Assembly (NCBI RefSeq): GCF_009914755.1
Contig: NC_060930.1
From: the human T2T-CHM13v2.0 reference genome, Homo sapiens
Reading direction: 5' to 3' (one strand)
DNA: 64,000 nucleotides
Below, piece by piece: positions 26,835-42,800 of this stretch. The number at the start of each line of letters is the position of its first letter. Within the stretch, counting starts at the first letter, position 1. Below the pieces are notes generated by a model that was not told the origin of the DNA, made no database searches, and saw nothing but the letters and a program-made list of their open reading frames with translations. The position numbers and the translations under genes were made by a program.

Positions 26835-29068
26835 TTAATAAAAGAGAAAAAATAGAAGATTGATAATTTGATGCCAATAAATTTGAAAATTGCAAAGAAA
26901 TCGACAAATTCCTAAAAAATCCAGACCACTGAAATTGATCAAAAAGAAATACATTAAAATTGCCCTAAAAACAACTAACAAAATTGAACAAGCAGCTCAA
27001 AGTCTGTCTACAAGAAAACTTCCGGCCCAAATGATTTTACATGTGTGTTCTACTACAGTCAATAAAGAAATAATTCCAAACTTATACAACCATGCTGACA
27101 TACATAAGTAGAGAACTCTACCCATCTGATTCTAGGAGACTAATATAACCTCGATATTAATTATTGATGAGGACAATGTGATAAGAGAAATACAGACTGT
27201 TCTGAATGGACATTGCCTATTGACACTTTGCATCTATACAAAAATACATTTATAGCAGTAATTGGAAGGGAAAAAAAGTTGTATTTGAAAATTATATAAT
27301 TATTTACCAAGAAAACTCAAAGGAATCTACAAAAATAATTGAGAGCTCAGCACATTTAGTAAATAAAAAAATCAATATTAAATCAATATTAACATTTCTA
27401 AACATCGAAAGGCTAGAGATGGTCATCTAAAGGGTCTCTATTATTAATAGCAACAAAATATACAAGGAGCTTGGGGATGAGTATAACAAAACATATATAA
27501 AGTCTTTATTAAGAATATGATACAATTCTATTGAAAGACATTAAAAAAGACTTAAATAGGGTTACTCTGTTTATGGATGGGAAATTCAAATTTCTTTAAA
27601 TTTACCTGTAGATTCCATAAAATTTAGATAAAAATCCTAATTGTAGAATTTATCTTGCTAATTCTAACACGTGTGTGAAAGGATTAAGGGCCATCGAGAG
27701 CAAAGACACATTTGAAGGAGAAGTATAAGCTGGAAGACATTCTTGAGCAGATATTAAAATTTAGTATAAAGCTTTATTAATTAAGATGTTGTAATATTAA
27801 CCTAGCGGTAAACGAATTGACCAGTGAAACAGAATAGATATTTCAGAAATAAAATCATATATGTGGAATTGTGATATATGATGGAGTTGGTATTACAAAT
27901 CTCAGAGGAAAAATTATACTATTAATAGAATTGTACCGGGCCTATATATGGGAGAATGCACTTGGACCCCTTCCTCATGCTATAAGCAAAATTAAATTTA
28001 CTTACATTGGAAGAAAATTTTATTTAAATAAGAAAGGCAAAATATTAAGAATTTTAGGAGAAAATACAATAAGAATATATTTGTAACTCCAGGATAATGA
28101 ATGTTTTCCCTTGCTAAACACAAAAGTACAAAAAGTAAGTGAAAACTGATCAGTTTATCATATTAAAATGAGAATGCCTTTTAATCAAAGAAAAAAAGGG
28201 AGAAGTCACAAAGTGAAGATAACGTTTGCAATCCACGTAACTGACAAAGAACATACACGTAGAATATGTGAAGAACTCCCAAAAGTCAACTAGATAATGC
28301 CAGCAATCCAATAGAAAAGTGAAGAAAAGACATGAACATATGTTACAAAATAGGAAACAGAACAGTCAAATAATCATATGAAATATACTCAATCTCATTA
28401 TTATTCTGGGAAATCCATATTAGGAGTAGAATATAATGCAATTTTATACCCACTAGATTGACAACACTTAAGGAACTTTCCATTTAATTTTTTTAAATGT
28501 TTATAAAAATAAACACACATTGATGAAGTGTGTGCAGATAATAAGAACAATATTGATTATATTTGTCCATTCTATTTGTACAGCATTTACAATTTCTAAA
28601 ATATTTTTACATGTCAGGAAGGACATGGGGCAAGAGAAATTCTTACAGTATGCTGCTAAGAAAGTATGAATGGGAATGCAAATAATTTTAAAACTAATTT
28701 GGAATTATATCATAAAATTGAATAATATATGCACTCCCTTTAATTCATCAATTCCACTTTTAAGTATACCTGTCAATAGAAATGTTGTACAATTACACCA
28801 GAATATATTTACAAGAATGTTTTTAGTAGCCCTGGTTTGTGATAGCACAAAACTGGAAATAACTCAAAGGACATTTAAGAGAGGAATGGATACATAAATT
28901 GTGTTACATATTTAGCCCAACCAAAATTACATGTGTTTGTTTTCTTAATGTAATTTTAAAGTTTTAAAGTTTTCATTTTGTTCATTGGAAAAGTAGAGGA
29001 CATTAAATGAGAACTGGAAAAACTCAGAAATCAAATCACTCATACTTCCATAACTCAAACAGCCATAA

Positions 29069-29420
<352 letters not shown>

Positions 29421-30224
29421 TTTCCTTCAGTCTTTTAAAAACTTATGTTTTCTGCCTTGAAATGTGGTTGAAATACATTTTTCTATATAATTTTTAACTT
29501 GTTTTTTATTTGAAAAAATTATATCATGTCCTTTTTCATGATACCATCTATTTTTTATTCACCTCTATTTGAAATCATAATTTTAAAGAACGTTTAATGT
29601 TTCTCTAAGTAAATATTTCAATTTATTTAGGAATTCTCCCACAGTTGGAATTTTTTAGTTTTTGCAAATTTTTATGATAGTGTCTCTATAAATATGATTT
29701 TGTGCATAAAGTTTTTTCTGCACTTAAAAATGATTTTAGGATAGATTATTATAAGTAGAATTACTGGGACAATTCGAACATGATTTTGTGCATAAAGTTT
29801 TTCTGCGCTTAGAAATGATTTTAGGAGAGATGATTATGAATGAGATTACTGAGACAATTCTAAACATCCCAGCCAAGGTTAAATGTTAATGCTAAATGTT
29901 GAAAGGGTTGCACCAATTTACTCTCCCTCATTTCCCATTTCGCAGAGTGTTAACCTCATGTTTGAAAATGGGATCATACATGAAATCGTAGTTTGAATGT
30001 TGTCTCCAGTCTGTGAATGATACCATCTTCCAACCAGTTGTGCAAGCCTGCAGAGTGAATCCCATGACACTTTCATTTCCTTCATCCCCCATACATAATC
30101 CATACCACATCTTACATCTTATTGTTTTTATCTTCCAAGTACTTCTCACATCCCTCCACTTCTTTCCATTTTCACAAACATCACCCTTGTCTGTTCTGAT
30201 CTATTTCTACCCCTGCAACTATCT

Positions 30225-31060
30225 TTTTACAACTTTCATTTAATTATAAAATATATAAAGATAGTACTGTAAAAGAAATCCTGTGTGCTTACTACCTAAT
30301 TCTATCCAATTCTTACATTTTTACCAGTGTTGTGTCAGATTTTAAAAATAAAACACTACTGAAATTGTTAAAGCCCTGTGTGCTTCTACTTGATTCCATT
30401 CTCTTCCCTTCCTTCAATATTATTATGAATTTGCTATATTTCATTCCTTTTATGCTATTGATAAATATGTCATACCCTTTAGTATCATAAAGCATTGTTT
30501 CACATATTTTTAAACTTTATAGAAAAAGAGAGTATAGTAAATATTTTATAAGTTGCTTTTTTTGCTCATCATCATATTTTTGAGATTTAACCATAGTGTT
30601 ACTTGTAACTCCAATTAGTTTATTTCAACTTATCTGTTGTATTTCATAGAAATATACACTTATTTATCCATTGTTTCGTTGCTAGACATTTAGGCTGCTT
30701 AAAACATTTTGCAATTACAACCAATATAGCAATCAGTATCTGTGCAAGTCTCCTTGTGCGTGTGGGCAAGGGTTTCTTTAAGTCTGGGGTGTAGATCTGC
30801 CTCTTCAACTTAACTAGATATTGCCAAATTGTCCTCCCATTGCTGTCATCTAAATTTACACTTCCACCAATAATGGGTGAGAATTTATAATTCTCCTTAT
30901 CCCACCCACACGATTGTTAGTTCTTTTTACCTTTTAAAAATTGATGAATGTGCAATATTATCTTATGATGTGAATTTGCATTTCTTTGATTTCCAGTGAC
31001 TTTGAGTACTTTTCATCAATTTATGGACCATTGATGTTTCTTCTTGAATCACGTTTTCAT
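30225..31060 (-). mobile_element. Old L1 3' region (L1ME-like)
   Basis: Antisense L1ME-like text (tttatccatt...gacatttaggctgc...atttacacttccaccaata...aatttgcatttctttgatt). Confidence 0.6.
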
Positions 31061-31063
31061 TAC

Positions 31064-31475
31064 TGTATTAGGCCATTCTTGCATTGCTATAAAGAAATAC
31101 CTGAGGCTGGGTAATTTATAAAGAAAGGGGCTTTATCTTTCCATGGGTCTGCAGGCCCTCGTCTATACAAAGCATGGCACTGGCATCTGCATGGCTTCTG
31201 ATGAGGGCCCCAGGGAGCTTTTATTTATGGCAGAAGATAAACGGGGAGCAGATGTCTCAGATGGTGAGAATAACAGCAAGAGAGAGAGTGAGGGGGTGGT
31301 ACCACATTTTACAACAAGCAGAACTCATGAGAACTCACTTACTATCCAAATACAGCAAAAGCCTTGAGGGATCCAACCCCATCATCCAAACACCTCCCAC
31401 CAGGCCCCACCTCAAACATTGGAGATTACATCTCAGCATGAGATTTGGGCAGAGACAAATATCTAAACCATCTCA
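31064..31475 (-). mobile_element. MaLR solo LTR (MSTA/B-like)
   Basis: TGTATTAGGCCATTCTTGCATTGCTATAAAGAAATACCTGAG...ACCATCTCA; TSD ATTAC / CTTAC. Confidence 0.9.
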
Positions 31476-31832
31476 CTTACCTTTGACCACTTTTATTAGG
31501 TTAATATCTATTTGTCTTGATTTGTAAGTGATTAAAACATTTATCCTTGACTTATGAAATTATGACATTAAATGGTGGTTTTACATTCTTTCCAGACAAT
31601 CCAGGATTCTTAGAGCACTTTAACTCCTGACATAGATGCAATTATACCATTTTCCTTGTCTTTCTCTAGATCTTTCAAAACTCACACCTAATGCTCTAGA
31701 GATATGTGTCCATTGTGCTTCCTTCCTTCCCCGCACCTCCCATGGCATTAAAATGTTTCATTCTCCTTGATGAATTACATGCCCAGTTGATTCTTAAGCA
31801 CTGCTCACAGTATGCAAACTTGAAACTCCAGG

Positions 31833-31931
31833 CTGGGGTGTCCAATCTTTTGGCTTCTCTGGGCCACATCGGAAGACAAATTGTCTTGGGCCACACATAA
31901 AATACACTAACACTAAAAAATAGCTGCTGAG

Positions 31932-31965
<34 letters not shown>

Positions 31966-32072
31966 CAAACAAATCTCATAGTGTTTTAAGAATGTTCACG
32001 AATTTGTGTTGGGCTGCATTCAAAGCCTTCCTGGGCAGCATGCGGCCCACCAGTGCGGGTTGAACAAGCTTG
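31833..32072 (+). mobile_element. MER30 (hAT-Charlie non-autonomous DNA transposon)
   Basis: GGGGTGTCCAATCTTTTGGCTTC...GGGCCACACATAAAATACACTAACAC...internal A run...GGTTGAACAAGCTTG. Confidence 0.88.
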
Positions 32073-32747
32073 CTGTAGGCAATCCAATTCAATCCTTCTC
32101 CAATTAAAGAAAAAAAAAAAAAATGGAAGCAGAAGAAAAAGCACACAAATAAACAAAACCTTCAAAACGCAACTGGAATTCATTGCTTAATGTCCAGGCC
32201 TTTGTTCTGTGTATCACTTTAAGAGTTGATGTGTGGGCTCTGTGCTGTATATTTTAATTCCTGCATATTTTAAACCACAAAATGATACTATTTTTAATTG
32301 TATTATGCAGTCTGTTTATTTTGCTTTACCCCTCATATTTACCATTTCAATTGCTTTTCATTTCATTCTGTATTTTTTACCTTTCATCCAGATTCATTTT
32401 CTTCTTGCCTGAATAAAATCCTTTCACATTTTATTTGAAAATTTGACAATCAGATTTCATCAGACAGTATAAGCTGGCTCCAATACTCCACTGCTTTCAT
32501 TGCTACATTTTCTGGAGTTGAAACCATCCATTGATTCCTCAGTTCAACCATACACACACACACACATGCACACACACACTTAATACACTATGGAATTTCA
32601 GTTGCCTTCATTTTATTTAGAACGTTTGCAATGATAGTAATAATTTTTCATAATGTCTTTCCTAAGACTGTTCTTGTTGGGTTTTGGCATCAAGGCTATA
32701 GCTATACAAGGTCTTTTAGAGTCTAGAGCATTTAGCGCATTTTCTAT

Positions 32748-33287
32748 TGATGAAGTTTAGGACATACCATCCCAAAATATAACTCTAGGATATAAGAATA
32801 GGCCATCCCCAAATATGCCACTTTGGCATACTGATTACTTTGAGCTAAAAATAACTGAGAGCCAGCCAAAGCAAGAAAAACTCTTTCTCTCCTTCAACTT
32901 CCTAAAATAAAACATAAAAATTCCCTTGTGTGCAGGAATTTACACCCATAAGGAAATTTTCATTAGTAAAGATACGTGACAATTGTATCACCTGAGAGAC
33001 TTTTACTTGATTAACAAGGCAACCTCTATTCACAATACATTTCCTCCGCTTGCCCTCCCATAATTTTCCTCTACCATTACCTAGAATCCCTAAACTCCTA
33101 TTCCTTTCTGTAGGTCAGGATGATATGTAAGTTTAAATTATCTGGTGAGTCTTACATTTTTATTGAACTCCTCTATGGACATAATTAAAATTGTTTTTCT
33201 CCTGTTGATCTTTCTTATGTCAGTTTAATCCATAGACCAGCCAAAGAACCTGGAAGGGTAGCTGGAAATATTTTTTTGTCCTCTACA
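32748..33287 (+). mobile_element. MER34-family ERV1 solo LTR
   Basis: TG...CA; ccccaaatatgccactttggcatactgattactttgagct near the 5' end; ATTAAA and aagaacctggaagggtag near the 3' end. Confidence 0.75.
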
Positions 33288-33855
33288 TCTTTTTATTAAA
33301 TTATTTTTTAATTTGCTAATTTTGGTCATTTTTGATGGACAGAATTTTTAATTTTTGAAGCCACACATGTTAACCTTTCCCTTTATGATTTCTATCACTT
33401 TTGAACTCTGAAAGTACCACTCACACCTTAAAACTTAATATTCAATTATATTCTATTCTAGTTTTTCTACATTTTAAAAATATTCAATATTTTAATTTCT
33501 ATGGAATTAATTTGGACGTATGGAGTGAAATGAATGTATAAATTGATTTTTTTTCAAAGTTCCATATCAGAACCTTAAATGAATGATGAAAATTATTGGA
33601 TTCTTTTTCTCATTTTTAAATAAAATTTATAAATTTTTTGTTTAGTCTTATTAAAAGTAACTCACAGATTTTCACTAGAGAACGTGATTGTTTTATGCTT
33701 AAACAATTGTTTAAAATTTTGAAATTAATAAATTAATGTAGCAATTCTGTAAACATGAGCAACAAAATAAAACTTAGAGTTCTTTTTACATAGATTGTGT
33801 GATTGATTGGAATTAGTGAATGTAAAATGTAGATAATTCCTGAATTAATTAGTAA

Positions 33856-35251
<1,396 letters not shown>

Positions 35252-36371
35252 GTATTATATGGGATGTATTTGACATCTAATTTTTCTGATATAAATTTGC
35301 TTCATAAACTGATTGTAGAAATATTCCCTGAAAAATTGAGTTCCATGCTTCAGCTATTACTCATGAGAAGGAACTTACCACCAAGAAACAACAACTCCTA
35401 AGAGATAGCTCATGAAAATGTTTTTCTCTGCACAATTTGGTAAGTGCATTTTCTTTGCTGGCTTTTATTCAAAAATTTAATAATAGACTATTTGAAGAAC
35501 TGAATTTTGTAGTGCTTATAAGAATTTATAAATTCCAAAATGATTCCTTAAATAATTATTAATGCTAGACATTTTTCCTTCTTCCACAATATGCTGAAAC
35601 ATTGGGTAATATGCAGTATTCAAATTCAAGTTTAAATTCTTTCATTCTATTTTATGGTTTGCCAAATCAAAAATTAATTCACTTATTTACATCCCTAGCA
35701 GAGCTGACTTTCTCACTGGGTCTTAACTGAGACAAAGCCTACCTACTAGGCCAGGTCCTTGAATTTGACATCAGCTAGTGTAACAGAGCTTACTGTGCCA
35801 TGTTCCTATTGAACTACTATGTAGATTTTTTTTTTATTTTTATATTGTCCATCATGTTTATTTAAGATCCAGTTTAGGCTATGTCAACATGTGAAAGTCA
35901 CATTGAAGATTTAGAAACTCGCTATTGTTGTCACTAAGCAATTATTTGCGGTTTGCAGTGTTGTTTATGATCTACTCTGTGATCACGAACAATAGATGTG
36001 TTTGCCGTGATCAAGCTATCACCCAGATTTCTGCTTACCAAAATTAATGAGCCTTCGGCCTCCTTTAAGTTTCCCTAAGGACATTATCAATAATCTTTGT
36101 GACATTCTACTTAAGCTTTCTTTAATTTTTCTATGTCATCTGTAAACAATGAGTCCAGAAGTGCACATTTGTGTTTGAAAAGAACCTGATGATACACGAC
36201 TTTCTGTTTTTATTTTATGAGAATGGTATAGTAATATCCATTTACTTAGAGGTCAAACTATGCAAAAGGAGTCATGGAAAACATTGCCACCAACATAATA
36301 ATCCTCTAATCAGCAAAAAGCCATCCTGGAGCTATAAAGAAAAAAAAAGGCATCTTTGAATAAATCAGTAA

Positions 36372-36683
<312 letters not shown>

Positions 36684-37342
36684 AATCTTCTAAGGAATTA
36701 AAAAAAAGGAATTGACTGCATCGTGAGGCGTTTGGCTTTTTATTCTGTCTTTTTGTGTCCTCCTTGGAGCTCTCTTGTTTACATTTTCCTTGCCTTACTC
36801 CGTATTGGCCTAAGACTAGTAGATAACACATTCATTTTCTTTCCTCCCTTAGTGCTACTGAAAGAATTGAACAGTTTTTAAAGGAAGTTTAATAAAAACT
36901 AAGCAGAAAAAAATATTAAAAAACAAACAAAAGAGATGCAAGCAGCATGAAAGTAATCAATTTTGCCAAGTACAGGTTTTGGAATATAAGAGAACCAAAT
37001 GGTAACCATAGAATGATTGGTGCAGGCCTGGGTTCCTTTCCTCCTAACATCTCAGATTCTTTTTCTCTGATTTTCACATCCCAACCTGAAGGCCCATATA
37101 AGTTATGTTTTCCTAGTCCTCTTTGTTGCTCCTCTCTCAAAAAAAGAAATTGGGTCAGAAAACAGGGCAGTCTGAGGTCAAATGAATCACTGGGCAGAAC
37201 TAATGTAAATCAGTTCAACACCAAGAAACAGAAGGAACTTTTAGTACTATCCTAATGCAGAGTTACAGAGCAATAGCCGTATCAGTCATTTTTCTCTTGC
37301 TTTTCTCCTCTGTCAGTAGGAAAGAGGCAAAGCCCCTGTTAA

Positions 37343-38253
37343 TGATGCAGGAATTTTCCTTCACTCTTCATCCGACTTGCAATGGAGGTGCCCCATTTAT
37401 TTGGCCCATGGTGCTCAACCTCTTGCAGGAGGGAGAGCGTGAGCAAGCGAGTGTGGGATCCATCCGGCCACTTTGGGTGCCAGCAGTAGCAAGCTCCATG
37501 CAGACCCCACAGCGGCACCCAGCTGGGGGTGCCTGTGACCCCCAAAGCCCCAAAGGGCATGTTACAGGGCTCTCTTAGCTCTGCCTTCCGTGAACAGTGG
37601 TGTGTTATCAGCTCAGTGGGCCCCTTGCCTCATCAAATGAGGCAGTTGCCCTCTGCTAGTGAGGGCAAAGGGCCAGTGTGACAGCCTTTTTTGGGTACTG
37701 CCTACTACCTACACTCAATGGGTCCCGAGCTCTTGTCTGGTGTCCAAGAAGAATTAGGTCGCATGGACATTTGAAGGATGGTCGAGGTGCAGAATTTTAT
37801 TTAGCAATGAAAGGGGCTCTCAGTGGAGAGGGGAGCTGGAGAGGGGATGGGACGGGCAGATAATCTTCCCTGAAGTCTGGCCATCTTTGGCTGGCTCTTC
37901 CCTGTAGTCAAGTACCCTCACTGAAGTTAAGCTGTCTCCCTTTGAAGTCCAGCTGTCCCTCTGAAGTCAAGTTCCCTCTCTCCAGTCAAGCTGCTTCTCC
38001 CCCTACCGACTGAGTCTGGGGTCTTTATAGGCACAGGATGGGGAGTTGGGTGGGCCATAGGTAGTTTTGGAAAAGGCAACATTTGATTGGTAAAAGGACA
38101 TTATTCAGAAAGAGCCAATCAGAAGAGAGCATGCAAACAGGATAGAAGTTCTCACTTTGGGCTGCAGGTTTCAGGCTTTTCGGCTTGGAGGTGGGGTTTT
38201 GCCAGGGACCTTTCCCTGTCTGCCTAGAATTTCTCTGCCTCCTGCCTCTATCA
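37343..38253 (-). mobile_element. ERV1 solo LTR, LTR27/LTR28-like
   Basis: Reverse complement begins TGATAGAGGCAGGAGGCAGAGAAATTCTAGGCAGACAGGG; TG...CA termini; 4-bp TSD TTAA (37339-37342 / 38254-38257). Confidence 0.8.
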
Positions 38254-38276
38254 TTAAGACCTTTCTTGGACAATGA

Positions 38277-39164
38277 TGTTGTGGCTAAGAACACAATACC
38301 TCAATGTATGGCACTTTGGCATGCTGATTACTTCGAACTAAAGAAGATTGGAAGGCCTCAGAAGTAAGTTTTCTTTGATCTTCTTCTGCTCTCCTGCTTC
38401 CTGCCCTTTTGTTTTCCCCAAAGAGAGTCAAAGAAACTAAAATTTTTTTTCCCCAATGTAGGTCATAGATTCTAGAATCCCTGTCCCAGAAAGCAAATCT
38501 TAAAATCCCCAAAAGTCTCCCTTCTTTCTTCTCCCTCTGTTTCCAGAGGGATCCTGCCTACCACCTGGAAAGAAGGAATGTCATACAGAGAAGCCTAGAA
38601 GAATTCAAAGAGCCAGGCCTTGCTGGATTTCCCCCATCAGTCTGTTACCAATAACTTATACCCTTTTATCCAATTACATTTCCTCACAGCTGTCCATTCT
38701 TCATTGAACTTAAGCCTAAAAACAGTTTCCCCTGGATTCTAGGGTCTTCATTTCTGAAGGCTCCCATGTAACCCAAATCTTTGATTACATAAATTTGTTA
38801 TGGTTTGAATTGTTGTGATGGTTAATACTGAGTGTCAACTGGACTGGGTTGAAGGATGCCAAGTATTGATCCTGGGTGTGTCTGTGAGGGTGTTGCCAAA
38901 GGAGATTAATATTTGAGTCAGTGGGCTGGGAAAGGCAGGCTCACCCTTATTCTTGGTGCGCACCATCTAATCAGCTGCCAGCACAGCTGGAATATAAAGC
39001 AGTGAAAAACACGAAAACACTAGACTGGCCTAGCCTCCCAGCGCTTCCTGCGCTTGAACATCAGATTCCAAGTTCTTCAGTTTTGGGGCTCGGACTGACT
39101 CTCCTTGCTCCTCAGCTTGCAGATGGCCTATTGTGGGAGATCGTGTGAGTTAATACTTAATAAA

Positions 39165-39215
<51 letters not shown>

Positions 39216-39330
39216 GTTCTATCCCTCTGAGAACTCACTAACACACTTGCTAACCTATCTTTTGTTGTAGGAGTTTTAGCCTGACCCTTATGATGGGTGA
39301 GGAAAGGTATCACTCCTTTCCCTTCCTATG
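38277..39330 (+). mobile_element. MER39-type solo LTR interrupted by MLT2A
   Basis: TGTTGTGGCTAAGAACACAATACC...GGCACTTTGGCATGCTG...GATTGGAAGGCCTCAGAAG; its 3' end (gacccttatgatgggtgaggaaagg) is the reverse complement of sequence at ~33880-33905. Confidence 0.8.
38814..39245 (+). mobile_element. MLT2A-type (ERV-L) solo LTR with internal (TA)n at 39168-39208
   Basis: TGTGATGGTTAATACTGAGTGTCAAC...GTGTCTGTGAGGGTGTTGCCAAAGGAGATTAA...AATAAAC(TA)n...CTAACACA. Confidence 0.9.
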
Positions 39331-39562
39331 GTGGCATCTGTTAAGGATGTTAAGGATGTGTTAAGGAAGCAGGTGAACAATGACTAACAACAACAGAGGG
39401 AAACAGGAAAACTCCAAGAGTGGCTGTTTGTGGAAATGACGGACAAAAATCTCCACCCCTGCCTAGGCTCAGAAGGCATTCCTTCAGTGTAGGGATCCCC
39501 ATATTGTACAGGGTAATAACTTTTACTTGTAATGATTCTGAGTTGTCAAGAAAAAGGTACTG

Positions 39563-39759
39563 CTGTGTTTCTCACCTGAGAGTGATTTTGCCCTCCAGGA
39601 GACATGTGGCAATGTAGGGAGACTTTTGATCATCATGACCATGGGGCTACTACTCTCTACCTCTAGTGGGTAGAGGCCAGTGATGTTCCTAAACATCATA
39701 TAGCACAACAAAGAATTATCCAGCAAAAATGTCGATAGTGCCAATGTTGAGAAACCCTG
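39563..39759 (+). mobile_element. MER20 (hAT-Charlie)
   Basis: gtgattttgccctccaggagacatgtggcaatgt...ctagtgggtagaggccag...gttgagaaaccctg. Confidence 0.82.
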
Positions 39760-40248
39760 CATTAAAATCTCAGAGATCTAATAAATTTTAAATGCATTTT
39801 AGAGATTGTTAGTAAAAGCAATTATATATTTCTCAAAAAGTTTTCAAGGGTAAAGGAATAAGCTTTAGTATATGGGAACCTCAGGATACAACTAAATAAT
39901 ATGTCCTTTTGTAATGAAAATAAGCACCTTTATCCTCCAAGTTCTCTGAATATCCATGCATTATTTACAGATCCAGTGAATATGTCTAGAAACTTTAGTG
40001 GAATGTAGAAAAGACAAAATTTATTCATTAAGCTTTGTGTAAAGCATTTCATGTAATGCATTCAATTTGTTGGGAAGCTACAACTTTTTGAGGGATAAAC
40101 ATGAAATGTTTGTACTTTATGAAATAATTGTTCTTTCAACTGGCTGAATAGGGGCTCTCTTTCAGGCATCTGGTCAAGATTTATTAATTTTTGTTAGTTT
40201 TTAGTAATTAGAACAGTCTCATATTGGTATATGATCTATATGATTTAG

Positions 40249-40536
<288 letters not shown>

Positions 40537-40543
40537 TAAATCT

Positions 40544-41508
40544 TATAGGGAAGGAAAAGTTTCCTCAAACCTCCTAGGGCTCCTGGCTCGGTCTGAAATA
40601 AAAACCGACAAAGACAGATTAACAGGAGAAAAGCACATTTATTTAACCAAAAGCAACTTATTTAATCAAAGCTTTATGTGACGGGGAGTCTTCATAAATG
40701 AAGACCTAAAGACCTAAGAAAACTCTATTTTTATGCTTAATTTTATGTTCAGTGAAGAATGGACAGCCATGAGGAAATGTGATTGAACAGAAGGGGTATG
40801 ATCTAATGGTCATAGGTTGAGAGGGGAAACCCAGTGATACGGTTTGGATCTGTGTTCCCACCAAACCTCATGTTGAAATGTAATACCCAGTGTTGGAGGT
40901 AGGGTGCAATGCGAGGTCCTTGGCTCACGGAAGCGGCTCCCTCATGAATGGATTAGCACCATCCCCTTTCTGATAAGTGAGTTCGCGGAAGATTTGGTCA
41001 TTTAAAAGTGTGGGGCACCTCCTACTCTCTCTCTCTTGCCCCTCTCTTGCCATGTGATATGCCGACTCCTGCTTCACCTTCTACTGTGAGTAAAAGCTCC
41101 CTGTGACCTCCTCGGAAGCCAAGCAGATGCTGAAGACATGCTTCCTGTACAGTCTGCAGGACTGAGAGTCAATTAAACTTCTTTTTAAAATAAACTACCC
41201 AGTCCCAAGTATTTAAAGCAATGCAAGAACATCCTAACACACCAAGCAAGGCTTGGCTGTTGGATGCTTCTTGGCCTCTTGGTGTGGTGCTCCTCCCTCC
41301 AGGGTGTGGGGCAGAACCACTCTAGAATGAGGGTCTTGTGACCTACTATCAGTCAAGGTAGGCCAAATAATTTATGGCCAGCTCCTACACAGAAAGGTGG
41401 GGCAAGGTTAGAGGAATGTATTTGAATGCTTTGAAGTGAAGGAAAGGGACCTAGTATTTGGCATGCCAATGTGCCATACTTTGGTGTATAGTGTTCTGAG
41501 CCTCAACA
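40544..41508 (-). mobile_element. MER39-type solo LTR interrupted by an MST LTR
   Basis: Ends ...gtgccatactttggtgtatagtgttctgagcctcaaca; homologous to the 33856 LTR; 4-bp TSD ATCT (40540-40543 / 41509-41512). Confidence 0.8.
40835..41241 (+). mobile_element. MaLR solo LTR (MSTA/B-like)
   Basis: TGATACGGTTTGGATCTGTGTTCCCACCAAA...CCTAACACA; TSD CCCAG / CCAAG. Confidence 0.9.
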
Positions 41509-41543
41509 ATCTCTTTTCCTTTCTTCTCTCAGCACTGCTTGGA

Positions 41544-41546
<3 letters not shown>

Positions 41547-41593
<47 letters not shown>
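41547..41593. repeat. Perfect (TG)~23 microsatellite
   Basis: Seen directly. Confidence 0.97.
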
Positions 41594-41594
<1 letters not shown>

Positions 41595-42644
41595 GGAAGG
41601 TTATGATGCAAAAGTTAGTTTTTGGGTGTCTATGGACCCTGTCACTTCTGGGAACCAGCTCCTCTTGACTAAGTGTGTGGGATGGGAATTGAGAGGAAGG
41701 GGAAAAGAAAACCCAAATGACCCCATATCCAGATGGATGAGGTTGACAGTGTGTTCACTCACCAGCAGCTCCTGCAGGCCCTGGTGGAACCTAGCCAGGC
41801 CTTGTGCTGCACCTCTCTGATGTCCACTTCACCTCTAGCTTTCGGCTTCAGTGGTCCTAGCTAGTATTCAGCCAACTAATCTCCCCTGGCCTCCTCCAAA
41901 GCCAACTCTCTGGTGGGTAGACTCCAATTTCCATGTTTCCTGAGAACTGGGAAGTTGGTAGAGGTGGAAAAAAGGTGGTGCTGGTCCCCTTTCTGAGCAA
42001 TCAAACTATCTCTCCTCATTCCTTTTGCCCAGCTTAGTAGTATGATGTGGGGTGAGGTCAGTAAGTCCTCCAGCTAGGCTGAGTTCTGAATGCCTCTCCC
42101 TTTGTGCAGCCCCTCCTACCCTCATGAAAGATTCTGTTGCACCCTTTTCTTCATGTGGCTTCAGGAAATGGAAGCTGCCTTTCTCCAGCCTCCTGGGGAT
42201 ATTGGCTTACTAGCTAGTTCTCTCTCCTCACTAACTTCCACCCCCTACCTGGGGCTTCAAGGAAACTCCTCTCTGGCTTCCTACACCACTTGAGAGGGTG
42301 AAAAATTCAAAGTGACAAAGAGCACTTGTTCTATCCCTAAGGTTTCTCAAAACTATCTGGCCATCAGAGTTCTCAATGCAATTGTCGAGGCCAGGTTCTC
42401 TTTGCTCTCATGGGAGTAAGGAGAAGAAGGGTGAAATCTGTAGACAGAGCCATGTCTAAATCTTTCATACTTCTCTGCCCTCCCCAATGTTTTTTTCCTC
42501 TCCAACTCCCCTGGAATTAGGGGTAAAAATTCTTGTGCTGCCTGCTCATATTTCTTTTTCATTATTTTCTGTTTACTTGGGTGACAACGTTTTAATTTAA
42601 AAGCTGAGACTATAGAACCTTTCATCTTTGTTGTGGACAGTTTC

Positions 42645-42800
42645 TGAAATGGTCATTGTCAATCTTGGAAGCACATCAGTATCACCGAGAGAGATTTAAA
42701 AAGACAAATCAGAATACTTGTGGGGTAGAACCCAGGTATCAGAAATGTTTAAAAGCCACTCATGTGGTGCTGATGTAGAAGATGACTGGGAACCACTGCT
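42645..42800. mobile_element. MER5-like hAT remnant
   Basis: gcacatcagtatcacc...cccaggtatc...tgctgatgtag...gggaaccactg. Confidence 0.6.

Noticed and set aside
31934-31962. Poly(A) run as a retrocopy tail
   Set aside because: It is the expanded internal A tract of MER30, with element sequence continuing on both sides.
37339-38257. TTAA target duplication suggesting piggyBac
   Set aside because: The element has TG...CA ends and LTR27/28-like sequence without CCC...GGG TIRs; a 4-bp TSD is normal for ERV1.
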